Shown piece by piece: positions 62,903 to 64,000 of a stretch of 64,000 bases of DNA. Within the stretch, counting starts at the first letter, position 1; the number at the start of each line of letters is the position of its first letter. The position numbers and the translations under genes were made by a program. The notes beneath the pieces are model-generated. The model did no database searches. It saw only the letters and a list, made by a program, of their open reading frames with translations, and was not told the origin of the DNA. The stretch spans positions 28,549 to 92,548 of the forward strand of contig CAYWUL010000001.1 of NCBI GenBank assembly GCA_964461205.1. The letters are read 5' to 3'. The stretch comes from an uncultured archaeon (lineage in GTDB: Archaea; Iainarchaeota; Iainarchaeia; Iainarchaeales; JAAZKV01).

Positions 62903-63957
62903 CTTCACACAATAGACCTTGGAAAGAAGCAAAGAAAAAAGAAATTACTGAACTTGCAAAAGAATACCCAGTAATTGCAGTAGCAACTCTAGATGCACTT
63001 CCAGCAAACATTGTTTCAATTGTTAGAAAAAGATTGAAAGGAGATGCAAAAGTTATTGTTGCAAAAACAAGAGTTGTTCAAAGAGCATTTGAAGAAACAG
63101 GAATTGATACTTCAAAAATCGATCCCATTGTAAAAGAAAGTATTGCAATAATATTCTCAAAGAAAAATCCGTTCGAATTATTTTCATTTATAAAAAAGAA
63201 TAAAGGAGATGCAACAGCAAAAACTGGAGACATTGCAACAGCAGATTTAATTGTTCAAGCAGGAGACACAGGATTGCCTCCAGGACCTGCATTATCTTCT
63301 TTGAAAGCGGTTGGTTTGAAAGTTGCTGTACAAGGACCAACTATCTCAGTAACACAAGACAAAATTGTTACAAAAAAAGGAGAAGAAGTTACTGCTGAAG
63401 TAGCAGATGTCCTAAACAAATTAAACATGAAACCAATGAAGATTGGAATGAAAGTTCTGGGTGTTCTAGAAAAAGAAGGAAATGAATTTTACTCTGCAGA
63501 AGCACTTGATGTTGATGAAGAAGAATTGTTTGATAAATTTGTTATGGCTTACCAAAACGCATTGAATTTATCAGTAAATGCTGGATATTATAATGATGAT
63601 AGTACAGAAATAATCTTGATTAAAGCAGAAAGAGAAGCAAGAGCAGTAGAAAATGAAGTTGGTTCTGCAACCCCTTCCGAAACAAAAGAAGAAAAGAAAG
63701 AAGAGAAAAAAGAAGAATCGACTGAAGAAAAAGCAAAAAAAGTAGAAGTAAAAGAAGAAAAAGTAGAAGAAGTAAAAGAAAAAGTAGAAGAAGTAAAAGA
63801 AAAAGTAGATACTTCAACAGATCAAAGTGAAGAGGAAACGCCAAAAGAAGAAATTGAAGAAATTTCTGAACAAGTAGCTGAAAATGCAAAAGAAGATAAA
63901 GTTGCCCAAGAAGCAATTGAAGAACAAAATGAAAAGAAAGAGGATAAAAAAGAATAG
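62899..63957 (+). CDS. rplP0: 50S ribosomal protein L10 / acidic phosphoprotein P0 (uL10) with long E/K-rich repetitive C-terminal extension
   Basis: WKEAKKKEITELAKEYPVIAVATLDALPANIVSIVRKRL... Start overlaps the L1 stop (ATGA). Confidence 0.85.
   Translation: MTSHNRPWKEAKKKEITELAKEYPVIAVATLDALPANIVSIVRKRLKGDAKVIVAKTRVVQRAFEETGIDTSKIDPIVKESIAIIFSKKNPFELFSFIKKNKGDATAKTGDIATADLIVQAGDTGLPPGPALSSLKAVGLKVAVQGPTISVTQDKIVTKKGEEVTAEVADVLNKLNMKPMKIGMKVLGVLEKEGNEFYSAEALDVDEEELFDKFVMAYQNALNLSVNAGYYNDDSTEIILIKAEREARAVENEVGSATPSETKEEKKEEKKEESTEEKAKKVEVKEEKVEEVKEKVEEVKEKVDTSTDQSEEETPKEEIEEISEQVAENAKEDKVAQEAIEEQNEKKEDKKE
63757..63809 (+). repeat. in-frame 21-bp tandem repeat (gaaaaagtagaagaagtaaaa) x2.5 encoding EKVEEVK
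   Basis: Counted directly: identical units at 63757-63777 and 63778-63798, then 11 nt of a third. Confidence 0.9.
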
Positions 63958-64000
63958 TTCTAAAAGAACATTATATTTAATATGGAGAGGTGGAAAGCAT

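Noticed and set aside
63620-63916. 98-aa Leu/Phe-rich minus-strand ORF
   Set aside because: It is antisense to the GAA/AAA-rich tail of the P0 gene, so the reverse complement gives TTC/TTT/CTT codons. It is a compositional artefact.
1-64000. Search for CRISPR arrays, transposases/integrases, prophage genes, toxin-antitoxin or other defence systems
   Set aside because: I saw no regularly spaced direct repeats and no recognisable transposase, integrase, Cas or restriction-enzyme motifs in any listed ORF. The only tandem repeats are short in-frame coding repeats (55946-56013, 63757-63809).

Overview
AT-rich (about 30% GC by eye, not computed), gene-dense archaeal chromosome segment. Archaeal identity rests on TBP, Spt5, SecE, aP0/L10, AglB/STT3, a FlaI-type ATPase, a class III (prepilin-like) signal peptide and geranylgeranyl reductase. 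Short proteins, purine/nucleotide salvage genes and GGTG-type ribosome-binding sites suggest a small-genome DPANN-like organism; this is inference and was not searched. Layout: (i) 1-14.4 kb holds housekeeping and salvage genes: FlaI-like ATPase (cut by the window edge and absent from the ORF track), DUF192, Ogg, a ferritin-like protein, UppS, two HAD phosphatases, tRNA-Gln plus an orphan tRNA-like 5' fragment, GGR, an 859-aa sequon-rich surface protein, a UDP-GlcA-epimerase-like SDR, TruD, MTAP and APRT. (ii) About 14.5-52.8 kb is one roughly 38-kb glycan-assembly island. It contains AglB/STT3, AglH/Alg7-like, split Alg14/Alg13-like genes, about 5 GT2, 4 GT4, 1 GT9, 1-2 extra GT-C-like membrane proteins, a Wzx flippase, GtrA, an MBOAT+SGNH pair, 5 SAM methyltransferase domains, a DegT aminotransferase, a FemAB-like transferase and sugar-nucleotide enzymes. 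Most notably it carries four diverged B12-binding radical-SAM enzymes and a transcobalamin-like (DUF4430) lipoprotein. (iii) 52.9-64 kb holds core genes: ferredoxin, a stand-alone 5S rRNA (minus strand, not in the ORF track), TBP with a basic tail, membrane proteins, a pilin-signal beta-propeller adhesin, then ftsZ-secE-spt5-L11-L1-P0. I saw no CRISPR array, transposase, integrase or recognisable defence genes. The strongest candidate for something new is the radical-SAM/B12-linked glycan modification toolkit inside the N-glycosylation island. Secondary items are a non-canonical WWGEG catalytic motif in AglB, a dense hairpin-rich GC island between ftsZ and secE, and a tRNA 5'-half-like sequence with no 3' partner nearby. 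All family calls come from motif recognition by eye; no database search was possible.
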